The notes under the pieces were generated by a model. The model was not told the DNA's origin. It was given only the letters and a program-made list of their open reading frames with translations, and did no database searches. Shown here in pieces: positions 10,148 through 17,042 of a stretch of 20,091 nucleotides of DNA (positions within the stretch are counted from its first letter, which is position 1; each line of letters begins with the position of its first letter). The position numbers and the translations under genes were made by a program. The stretch is taken from IMG/VR virus record IMGVR_UViG_2693429524_000017, positions 1 through 20,091 of that record; one strand, written 5' to 3'. The DNA comes from a virus. Lineage: Duplodnaviria; Heunggongvirae; Uroviricota; Caudoviricetes.

Positions 10148-10837
10148 ATGTTATATGCATTTAAGCTGGGCAGAAAACTGCGCGGCGAGGAACCTTGGTG
10201 CCCTGAAAAAGGCGGGAAAGGTGGAGCCGATAAAAGCGCAAAGTATGCAGCAGAAACTCAGAAGTATGCCGCAGACCTGCAAAATCAGCAGTTCAACACC
10301 ATCATGAACAACCTGAAGCCGTTTACTCCTCTGGCTGGGAAGTATGTCGGCAGCCTTGAGAACTTATCGTCTCTGGAGGGGCAAGGTCAGGCGCTTAACC
10401 AGTATTACAACTCTCAGCAGTACAAAGACCTTGCTGGTCAGGCTCGCTATCAGAGTCTGGCGGCAGCGGAAGCAACAGGTGGATTGGGTTCCACTGCAAC
10501 CAGTAATCAGTTAGCAACAATCGCACCAACGCTTGGTCAGCAATGGCTATCTGGTCAGATGAACAACTACCAGAATCTGGCAAATATTGGGCTTGGTGCT
10601 CTGCAAGGTCAGGCAAACGCCGGGCAGACATATGCCAACAACATGAGTCAGATTTCGCAGCAAAGTGCGGCTCTTGCAGCGGCAAATGCCAACAGACCAT
10701 CAGCAATGCAATCTGCTATTGGCGGAGGTGCGTCTGGTGCGATTGCCGGTGCAGGTCTTGCCAGCCTTTTGGGAACATCAACGCCTTGGGGCGCTGGCAT
10801 TGGTGCTGGTATCGGATTGCTTGGCTCGTTGTTTTAA
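10148..10837 (+). CDS. Ejection (internal virion) protein gp7-like, 229 aa
   Basis: Same length as P22 gp7 as I recall it; GGGAG RBS; Gln/Ala/Gly-rich with a glycine-rich hydrophobic C-terminus. Confidence 0.8.
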   Translation: MLYAFKLGRKLRGEEPWCPEKGGKGGADKSAKYAAETQKYAADLQNQQFNTIMNNLKPFTPLAGKYVGSLENLSSLEGQGQALNQYYNSQQYKDLAGQARYQSLAAAEATGGLGSTATSNQLATIAPTLGQQWLSGQMNNYQNLANIGLGALQGQANAGQTYANNMSQISQQSAALAAANANRPSAMQSAIGGGASGAIAGAGLASLLGTSTPWGAGIGAGIGLLGSLF

Positions 10838-10846
10838 GGGGTAATC

Positions 10847-12253
10847 ATGGCTACTTGGCAAGGAACAAACGGCGGATTGTTGGCTGGTATCGGCGGCGTC
10901 AACTCAAACGCTCCGAGCGTAAATGACATCGGCAATACGCTTCAGCTTATCAGGCAGAACAATGATATTGAGCGTTCAGGCGCTAACAATGTTGGGCTGA
11001 CTGCTTTGCAAGGCCTTTCAGGTATTGCGGGGGTGTTTCAGCAGGAAAAGCAGGCTCAGCGGCAGAAAGAATTTCAGCAGGCATACGCTAATGCTTATGC
11101 GTCTGGTGATCGCGGTGCTTTGCGTCAGTTGGCTACTCAATATCCAGACCAGATTGAATCCGTTCGTAAAGGCATGGGATTCATTGATGAAGACCAGCGT
11201 AATTCTATCGGCACATTAGCGGCTGGCGCACGCCTTGCGTCATCGTCTCCAGAAGCAATGCAATCATGGCTGCAAAACAACGCCAAGGAACTGACTCGCG
11301 TCGGTGTTGACCCTAACAGCGTTGCTCAGATGTATCAGCAAAACCCTTCAGGATTTGGTGAGTTTGTTGATCACCTTGGGATGGCTGCTCTCGGTCCGAT
11401 TGATTACTTCAATGTTCAGGACAAGATGGCTGGTCGTGAAATTGACCGAGGCAGGCTGGCAGAGACAATCCGCAGCAATCAGGCTGGTGAAGCACTTCAG
11501 GCGAGAGGGCAAAACCTTTCCTATCAGTCAGCAATGACTGGGCACAATATCGCAGCACAACGCTTGGCTCTGGATCAGCAAGAGTTCGGGTTTAAGATGC
11601 AGCAAGCGCAGGAAAAGGCTCAGCAGTTGATTAGTGAAGCACCTAAGCTGTCAGTAAACATGGAAAAAGCCATCGAGACGGCTGTAAACAATGCCACAGC
11701 ATCATCAAACTCAGCCAATTCTATGAGTGCGCTTGCTCAACAGTTCAGAGCAGAAAAACCAACGACAGGTTTGTTCGGTAACGCACAGAACATGTTCGCA
11801 AAACTTACCGGAAGCGATACGACATTGCGTGATTTGCGCATTCGCCAAAATGCCCTTGTTAACAGTCAGGTTCTTAAATTCCTACCTCCCGGCCCCGCAA
11901 CGGATAAAGACGTTGAGATCGTTCGTCAGGGTGCACCAACTGACATGGATAACCCTGAGACGGTCGCAAGATGGCTTGATGCTATGGCAAACCTTGAGCG
12001 ACGAAACGCGCAGTTTAATGAGTTTAAAGCCGAGTGGATGAGCGCGAATGGCAACCCTGGACAATCGCGTAATGGCGGTCAGATATTGGGGTTGGATGTT
12101 AAAAAAGGTGAATCATTGGGGAGTGCCGTTAAGCGGTATATGTCAATGAATACTGACGCAGCGCCAGCACAAGATTCGACACCTTCAGGTGAACCACGGA
12201 ATCAGGTTGGATCATATACCTCAAAATCAGGCATTCAATTTACGGTGGAATGA
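10847..12253 (+). CDS. Ejection protein gp20-like, 468 aa
   Basis: Position and size match P22 gp20 (recalled as ~471 aa); AAGGGG RBS. Confidence 0.8.
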   Translation: MATWQGTNGGLLAGIGGVNSNAPSVNDIGNTLQLIRQNNDIERSGANNVGLTALQGLSGIAGVFQQEKQAQRQKEFQQAYANAYASGDRGALRQLATQYPDQIESVRKGMGFIDEDQRNSIGTLAAGARLASSSPEAMQSWLQNNAKELTRVGVDPNSVAQMYQQNPSGFGEFVDHLGMAALGPIDYFNVQDKMAGREIDRGRLAETIRSNQAGEALQARGQNLSYQSAMTGHNIAAQRLALDQQEFGFKMQQAQEKAQQLISEAPKLSVNMEKAIETAVNNATASSNSANSMSALAQQFRAEKPTTGLFGNAQNMFAKLTGSDTTLRDLRIRQNALVNSQVLKFLPPGPATDKDVEIVRQGAPTDMDNPETVARWLDAMANLERRNAQFNEFKAEWMSANGNPGQSRNGGQILGLDVKKGESLGSAVKRYMSMNTDAAPAQDSTPSGEPRNQVGSYTSKSGIQFTVE

Positions 12254-14130
12254 TGAAAGTAACTGCAAACGGTAAGACATTTACCTTCCCTGATGGTACG
12301 AGCACGGAAGATATTGGCACCGCCATTGATGAGTATTTTGCTGGTCAGGCTGTTCAGCAACAAACAGTTAATCAGGCCAATAATGCACCAACACGGGAAG
12401 AACCATCATTAATGCAACAAGCTGGCGATTGGCTCACTGGTGGTCAAAGTGCAGGGCAAATTGCAGAACAGGCTGGTCGTGGTCTGGTAAACATACCATT
12501 CGACGTATTACAGGGCGGCGCAAGCCTGATTAATGCAATCAGCCAGGGGCTTGGTGGCCCCAAGGTTTTGGATGATGTTTATCGTCCAGTCGATCGACCG
12601 ACAGACCCTTACGCGCAAGCTGGTGAAACAATTGGTGGGTATCTCCTGCCAATTGGCACAGCGGCAAAAGCTGCTGGAGCGCCAGCAAAGCTCGCTGGAG
12701 ATATCGGTTCCGCAGGAAACATGATTGCAGGTTCTCTTGCTGATGCTGCAAATCAGGAGGGCGATTTCGCACAAAATGCAGCTAAAAATGCCGGAGTTAA
12801 CCTTGCCGCTCAGGGGGTTCTTTCCGCAGCAGCAAAGGGAATAGGGCGTGGAATTACTGCTGTTCGTGGCGAAATATCACCAGCAGATCAGCAATTGCTC
12901 AAGCGTGCCGCTGCGGCAGATGTACCAGTTATGACATCGGATGTAGTTTCTCCAAAAACAAAACTTGGCAATCAACTGCAGGGTTACTCAGAAGGAGTCA
13001 TAGCTGGTACTGGACCAATGAGAGCCGCACAGCAGGATGCCAGAACCAAGCTTGTTAATCGCTTCACCGAAAAATACGGCGACTACGATCCATCTGTAGT
13101 CGTTGATAGTCTAAAGTCAGGCGTTGCAAGGGAAAAATCGTTAGCCAAGTCAAAACTAAACAGCCTGTCAGGAAGAATGGTTGGAAAGCCAGTTGATACA
13201 AGTGGCGCCATAAGAGCTATCGACGGAGCAGTAAACGAACTTGGGAAACTTAAAGGTGTTTCTGACACCCAGACCATTTCTGCGCTTAATGATTATAAGA
13301 ATGCCATTCAGGAGATAACAAATGGAGATGATGCCTTTGAGTTACTTGATAAGCTGAGAACTCAGTTCCGCATTGACGTAAAAGGCGATCGTACAGTTCT
13401 GCCATCAATGTCGCAAACAATGGTCGACAGGGTCTATAACTCGCTAACCAATAGCCTTAGTAAATCTATAGCGAAAGGACTTAGCCCAAAAGATGCTTCA
13501 GCATGGAGAGCGGGAAAAGCTGATTATGCAAAAATGGCAACACATGCAACTCAAACGCGCCTTAAAAACGTTCTAAACAAAGGAGATTTAACTCCCGAGG
13601 CTGTAAATACCATTGTGTATGGACAATATGGGTCAGATATAGCTCGATTGTACGGGAAACTCGATCAAAAAGGTAAAGACATGCTAAGGGCGGCATATAT
13701 CAGCAAAATAGCTGACAAGGTAGGTGACAGCCCTCAGAAAATGATGACCGAGCTTGGCAAGCTGCAAAAACAAGCAAATGGTCAGGTGTTTAAAACTGTA
13801 TTTGGTGGGAAGAACGGAAAAGAGATAGAGGGGATGTTATCTATTCTCGATGCTACCAAAAGAGCATCTGAGGCTAATGTTGTGACGAAGACTGGCATGA
13901 CACTCGCGCCTTTGGTAAGGGTTATTGGTAACCTAAAAACCGGAGGCGCGCTATTGGCTGGGGAAACAGGGATTGGCCTTATGTCGAGGGTTTATGAAAG
14001 CCCTATGACCAGGAATGCGCTCTTACGTCTGGCAAACACCAAAGCAGGAACGCCAGCCTATGAAAGAGCATTAAGTAACGCTGCAAATGCCATCAGACCG
14101 CTGCTTGCCACTGAGGCAACACAGCAGTAA
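12250..14130 (+). CDS. Ejection protein gp16-like, 626 aa
   Basis: Start overlaps the gp20 stop (ATGATG); last gene of the conserved ejection-protein block; Ala/Gly-rich. Confidence 0.8.
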   Translation: MMKVTANGKTFTFPDGTSTEDIGTAIDEYFAGQAVQQQTVNQANNAPTREEPSLMQQAGDWLTGGQSAGQIAEQAGRGLVNIPFDVLQGGASLINAISQGLGGPKVLDDVYRPVDRPTDPYAQAGETIGGYLLPIGTAAKAAGAPAKLAGDIGSAGNMIAGSLADAANQEGDFAQNAAKNAGVNLAAQGVLSAAAKGIGRGITAVRGEISPADQQLLKRAAAADVPVMTSDVVSPKTKLGNQLQGYSEGVIAGTGPMRAAQQDARTKLVNRFTEKYGDYDPSVVVDSLKSGVAREKSLAKSKLNSLSGRMVGKPVDTSGAIRAIDGAVNELGKLKGVSDTQTISALNDYKNAIQEITNGDDAFELLDKLRTQFRIDVKGDRTVLPSMSQTMVDRVYNSLTNSLSKSIAKGLSPKDASAWRAGKADYAKMATHATQTRLKNVLNKGDLTPEAVNTIVYGQYGSDIARLYGKLDQKGKDMLRAAYISKIADKVGDSPQKMMTELGKLQKQANGQVFKTVFGGKNGKEIEGMLSILDATKRASEANVVTKTGMTLAPLVRVIGNLKTGGALLAGETGIGLMSRVYESPMTRNALLRLANTKAGTPAYERALSNAANAIRPLLATEATQQ

Positions 14131-14154
14131 CGTATGGGAAATTGGATTCAATCG

Positions 14155-14544
14155 CTAACATTTTCTTTTTACTTTCCCAACAAAAGCTTTGGTTGAATCC
14201 ATATTTCCATAACCGGAAATGGTTTTTGACATTAAAACTGTTCCAGTAGGATGTATTACCCATGAGTCGATAACGCGTTGAGTTTCGCCATTTGCGCCGA
14301 TTCCTATGATGGAGTTTTTAGACAATGCTTTGTAAGCCATGCCGCCCGCATCTGTCCCAGAATATGTGATGCTGGCATCTTCACCGCTTGTCTTAATGAT
14401 GAATGTTCCACTAAAACCATCTTCTTCCGGATGGAAATTATTTCGTTCTGAATAGCTTATTCCGCGCATATCTCCAACGACCCAGCACTCTGCTGTAGCC
14501 CCAAAAGATATGAATAAGAACATAGCAGCAAGAAATTGCTTCAC
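14155..14544 (-). CDS. Exported hypothetical protein with an N-terminal signal peptide, 129 aa (accessory gene)
   Basis: GTG start with a perfect AGGAGG 5 nt upstream (reverse complement of 14550-14555). N-terminus MKQFLAAMFLFISFGATA-E is a signal peptide with an AXA-type cleavage site and no lipobox. Opposite strand to the late operon and AT-rich. Confidence 0.65.
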   Translation of the reverse strand: MKQFLAAMFLFISFGATAECWVVGDMRGISYSERNNFHPEEDGFSGTFIIKTSGEDASITYSGTDAGGMAYKALSKNSIIGIGANGETQRVIDSWVIHPTGTVLMSKTISGYGNMDSTKAFVGKVKRKC

Positions 14545-14848
14545 ACCAACCTCCTTAGTTTTGCGCAGGATACCAGATGATACTTTATTGGTGGAGTGGT
14601 GTGTGAAAACGTGTCAACGACAAACCATCCACAACTTGGACGAATGATTTAGCAAAAAGTGCTATTTTTGGTGTTTGGTGTCATAGAAACGTGAATAGCT
14701 TACTTTTCAACATTGCATGAAACTTGCAGGAAATGTGACATTACCTTATAGGTAACTTCGGTGAAAATGCAGTAAATGTGAAACGTAATGGTTTAAACAT
14801 GTCGCTAAAGTGGTTGTAAGTTAGCCTCCGAAGGATTGCTGATAGCTT

Positions 14849-14857
14849 TGTTATAGT
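14849..14857 (+). promoter_or_regulatory. Candidate extended -10 promoter (TGtTATAGT) for the 14919-15790 cassette
   Basis: TG at 14849-14850, one nt, then TATAGT at 14852-14857. No good -35 upstream, and the TTGACA at 14870-14875 has no matching -10. Hand-scanned, weak call. Confidence 0.3.
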
Positions 14858-14918
14858 ATTAAATGACATTTGACATAGTTGGATACTTAGCTGCGGCTAT
14901 CAAGATGGAGGTATGTTT

Positions 14919-15362
14919 ATGCTCACTTGTTTTGATGTCGCCGACTACTTCTTGGCGCATTGCGATGAAGAAAGTGGCGACATTATCTCTAACCTAAAAA
15001 TTCAGAAGTTGACGTATTATGCCCAAGGGTTTTCTCTGGTTCTTCTGGGTAAGCCGCTATTTAATGAGAAAATTGAAGCCTGGATGCATGGGCCAGTAGT
15101 TCCTGAATTGTATCGTAAATATAGGGACTGTGGTAACGGCGCTTTACCTGCGCCAGAAAACTTTGACGCTAAAAAATTCAGTGAAGATGAAATTGAATTG
15201 CTGGATGAGGTGTATAAAGTTTATGGTCAGTTTTCTGCCTGGAAACTGCGCAATATGACTCACGAAGAGCAGCCATGGAAAGATGCTTACATTGAGGGTG
15301 CGGTTAGCCAAGAAATCACGCTTGATTCTATGAAAGGTTTTTTCAAAACGTTAATTAACTGA
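14919..15362 (+). CDS. Panacea (DUF4065, COG3600 GepA/SocA-like) domain protein; putative antitoxin or immunity component, about 147 aa
   Basis: Translation contains NLKIQKLTYYAQGFSLVLLGKPLFNEKIEAWMHGPVVPELYRKY, which I recognise as the Panacea core pattern. GGAGG at 14907-14911 favours the ATG at 14919 over the track start at 14913. Stop is 5 nt before the next ORF. Confidence 0.6.
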   Translation: MLTCFDVADYFLAHCDEESGDIISNLKIQKLTYYAQGFSLVLLGKPLFNEKIEAWMHGPVVPELYRKYRDCGNGALPAPENFDAKKFSEDEIELLDEVYKVYGQFSAWKLRNMTHEEQPWKDAYIEGAVSQEITLDSMKGFFKTLIN

Positions 15363-15367
15363 CGTGT

Positions 15368-15790
15368 ATGTCTAGAGTTAAGGGAAGAATAAAACAGAGG
15401 GATAAAGAGAGCTCTGCTACTGTTGGCCTCTCTATCCATCACGAATCTCATGATGTAGACAAAAGTCCGCCTGTATTTTCTCTTAGATACCTACAAAAGG
15501 GGTATTGCCTAGATTGCTGCCAAAAGCATGAAAAGGCAGCATTTGCAGATAGGCTGTTCAGGTTAAGTCAGATGTCATGGGATGAGATACGAAAATCTGA
15601 TAAACACGGGCTTGGGACGGAAAAAATTGCCAGAAACGCGATAAAGGCTCCGATTCCTAAGCATGTTACTCAAGATGTGGATTTCATTGCGTTCAGATTT
15701 TGCTCTAAGGCACCTATGGTTGGTTATAAGATAGGAGCCACTTTTTATGTCTTATGGCTCGACAGGGAGTTCAAGCTATACAAGCACTAA
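15368..15790 (+). CDS. Hypothetical basic protein, 140 aa; candidate toxin/effector partner of the upstream Panacea-domain protein
   Basis: ATG 5 nt after the upstream stop with no independent Shine-Dalgarno, so probably translationally coupled. K/R/H-rich, with a C-terminal segment VDFIAFRFCSKAPMVGYKIGATFYVLWLDREFKLYKH. I cannot assign a family. Followed directly by an intrinsic terminator. Confidence 0.55.
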   Translation: MSRVKGRIKQRDKESSATVGLSIHHESHDVDKSPPVFSLRYLQKGYCLDCCQKHEKAAFADRLFRLSQMSWDEIRKSDKHGLGTEKIARNAIKAPIPKHVTQDVDFIAFRFCSKAPMVGYKIGATFYVLWLDREFKLYKH

Positions 15791-15791
15791 T

Positions 15792-15817
15792 AAAACCCAC
15801 CGTCAGGTGGGTTTTTT
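15792..15817. terminator. Intrinsic terminator, probably bidirectional, between the convergent genes 15368-15790 (+) and 15834-16037 (-)
   Basis: CCCACC-GTCA-GGTGGG hairpin flanked by AAAA upstream and TTTTTT downstream, giving a U-tract in either orientation. Confidence 0.75.
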
Positions 15818-15833
15818 GTTGGAGATAAAATGG

Positions 15834-16037
15834 TTAACCAAATCGATCCTTAAAGCGCCTATCGCTGTTGCGTCTCTCCATTTTACTGTTGCAGTACGGA
15901 CAAAGATGCTGTTTCTTTCCATCGATAGTCCATGTGAAGTACTTTTTCTTAAATCCAGCACCACAGATATCGCAACTTCTTGGTTTAAACATACTGGCTA
16001 TGAAGATAAGAACAACAAATCCTATGATCCATTCCAT
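15834..16037 (-). CDS. Small membrane-anchored protein with a CxxC...CxxC zinc-ribbon motif, 67 aa
   Basis: N-terminal hydrophobic helix WIIGFVVLIFIASMF, then CDIC...CPYC and a basic tail. AT-rich; ends at the bidirectional terminator. Confidence 0.5.
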   Translation of the reverse strand: MEWIIGFVVLIFIASMFKPRSCDICGAGFKKKYFTWTIDGKKQHLCPYCNSKMERRNSDRRFKDRFG

Positions 16038-16178
16038 ATCATGTACCTGTTTTAACTTTATTTTTTGATTTTTAGGGATTAATCAGAAACTTTATCTTGC
16101 GATTAAGCAAAGCTACTAGCTAACAAAAGAGTGCGTATACAATCAATCGTTTCACATCAACCTCAACAAGGAGAAATC

Positions 16179-16364
16179 ATGACCATAGAAGAACGCCTGA
16201 ACAACATTGAGTTGAACCAAACCCTGCTTGACCAGCGACTTTCAGATCTTGAGCTTAAAGATCTTGATGCGCAAATATCAGAAGCAGAAGCCAAGCTCTC
16301 CAGCTTAAACCACCGCAAGAAGCAAATCCGCAACAGAATTACTCAGGGACGCGGAAGCTGTTGA
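16179..16364 (+). CDS. Small coiled-coil hypothetical protein, about 61 aa
   Basis: ATG at 16179 with AAGGAG 5 nt upstream. Heptad-like leucine pattern. Its 3' end overlaps the convergent minus-strand ORF by 26 nt. Confidence 0.45.
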   Translation: MTIEERLNNIELNQTLLDQRLSDLELKDLDAQISEAEAKLSSLNHRKKQIRNRITQGRGSC

Positions 16365-16548
16365 GGTGGGATGCTAGGTCTCTATCGTTAAAATCAAGGC
16401 TGCTAATCATTTCATTGTAAATGGCGTTTTTATCTTCCATTGGCAGTCTTGAGTAAACCAGGCACAGAGCATATTTCAGGGAGTTTAGCTCCTTCTCTAG
16501 CTCTTCCTTGCTTGACGTTGTTGACTTAATAAACTGTTTTTTGTTCAT
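16339..16548 (-). CDS. Small hypothetical protein co-transcribed downstream of mnt, 69 aa
   Basis: ATG overlaps the mnt stop (ATGA on the minus strand), so probably translationally coupled to mnt. No family recognised. Confidence 0.5.
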   Translation of the reverse strand: MNKKQFIKSTTSSKEELEKELNSLKYALCLVYSRLPMEDKNAIYNEMISSLDFNDRDLASHLNSFRVPE

Positions 16549-16796
16549 TTTTCATCCTTACCATACATGGTCTTTAGCGCCTCAACATCGTGTTCAAGAT
16601 CTATCAATCGTGATGCTATAGTTGCAAGGTCTAGTGCTTGAATGTGTTTATTTTTTTCGGTCCACGCTTCAAGTGCCGCGACCATCTCAGCATTTAATGA
16701 ACGAGAATTAGCCTCAGCCAGTTCAATAAGACGTTCCTTTATCTCTACAGGAAGCCTCAGATTCACTTGAGGGTTTTTGTACTTACGATCAGACAT
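16545..16796 (-). CDS. mnt: Mnt-like ribbon-helix-helix repressor, 83 aa
   Basis: N-terminal RHH motif NLRLPVEIKERLIELAEANSRSLNAEMVAAL aligns with my recollection of P22 Mnt; same length; transcribed divergently from arc/ant as in P22 immI. Confidence 0.8.
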   Translation of the reverse strand: MSDRKYKNPQVNLRLPVEIKERLIELAEANSRSLNAEMVAALEAWTEKNKHIQALDLATIASRLIDLEHDVEALKTMYGKDEK

Positions 16797-16824
16797 CGGC
16801 GCATCCTGAATAATTTTTTACCAC

Positions 16825-16853
16825 AGGATATGTAGGTATCTATTGACTATCAA
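16825..16853 (-). promoter_or_regulatory. Pmnt-like promoter (minus strand: -35 TTGATA, 17-bp spacer, -10 TATCCT)
   Basis: The -35 is the reverse complement of 16848-16853 and the -10 of 16825-16830. An AGGA Shine-Dalgarno lies 7 nt before the mnt ATG. Overlaps Pant back-to-back. Confidence 0.5.
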
Positions 16854-16871
16854 TGCGTACCTAAATACTAT
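16843..16871 (+). promoter_or_regulatory. Pant-like promoter (-35 TTGACT, 17-bp spacer, -10 TACTAT) driving arc, ORF67 and ant
   Basis: TTGACT at 16843-16848 and TACTAT at 16866-16871; GGAGGA RBS at 16893-16898 before the arc ATG. Confidence 0.6.
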
Positions 16872-16889
16872 GTATGCGTACCACATACA
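16871..16889. promoter_or_regulatory. Operator-like palindrome TGTATG-N7-CATACA over the Pant -10/start region (candidate Mnt- or Arc-type operator)
   Basis: Inverted 6-bp arms at 16871-16876 and 16884-16889. In P22 the Mnt operator overlaps the Pant start point. Which repressor binds here is not determined. Confidence 0.4.
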
Positions 16890-16901
16890 ACGGAGGATGC
16901 A

Positions 16902-17042
16902 ATGAAGGTAAAAACACTGCGTATGCCAGAGAAGCTAGAAAAAATTCTTGAAGAAAAAGCAAAGGAAGAGTGTCGCTCATTCAGCGCAGAAGTAATTAAA
17001 CGGGTGATGGACAGCCTGAAGAGAGAGGGGATAACTGTATGA
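16902..17042 (+). CDS. arc: Arc-like ribbon-helix-helix repressor, 46 aa (absent from the ORF track because it is under 60 aa)
   Basis: ATG at 16902 with GGAGGA upstream. Translation MKVKTLRMPEKLEKILEEKAKEECRSFSAEVIKRVMDSLKREGITV aligns with P22 Arc as I recall it, notably RSFSAEVIKRVMDSLKREG against RSVNSEIYQRVMESFKKEG. Confidence 0.8.
   Translation: MKVKTLRMPEKLEKILEEKAKEECRSFSAEVIKRVMDSLKREGITV

Noticed and set aside
7515-13277. Nested or antisense ORFs within gp10, needle, gp14, gp7, gp20 and gp16 (7515-7733, 8899-9102, 9285-9632, 9633-10010, 10395-10706, 10543-10926, 11025-11219, 11304-11537, 11727-12041, 11882-12064, 12508-12774, 12533-12724, 12539-12772, 13083-13277)
   Set aside because: Same reasoning: embedded in conserved structural genes in alternative frames or strands.
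14870-14875. Consensus -35 hexamer TTGACA upstream of the Panacea cassette
   Set aside because: No acceptable -10 hexamer 16-18 bp downstream (GCGGCT, CGGCTA); an isolated -35 is not a promoter call. An extended -10 element at 14849-14857 was preferred, at low confidence.
15590-15607. Rx4H motif (RKSDKH) in the 140-aa partner protein, reminiscent of a HEPN RNase signature
   Set aside because: A single short motif match is expected by chance, and the surrounding sequence does not look like an all-helical HEPN domain; not used for the call.
15747-16068. Plus-strand ORFs 15747-16055 and 15868-16068
   Set aside because: They run through the intrinsic terminator and are antisense to the better-supported minus-strand zinc-ribbon ORF; no RBS; likely spurious.
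16111-16121. Palindrome AGCTA-C-TAGCT and a possible TACAAT -10 at 16138-16143 upstream of the 61-aa ORF
   Set aside because: No convincing -35 at correct spacing; too weak to annotate as a promoter or operator.
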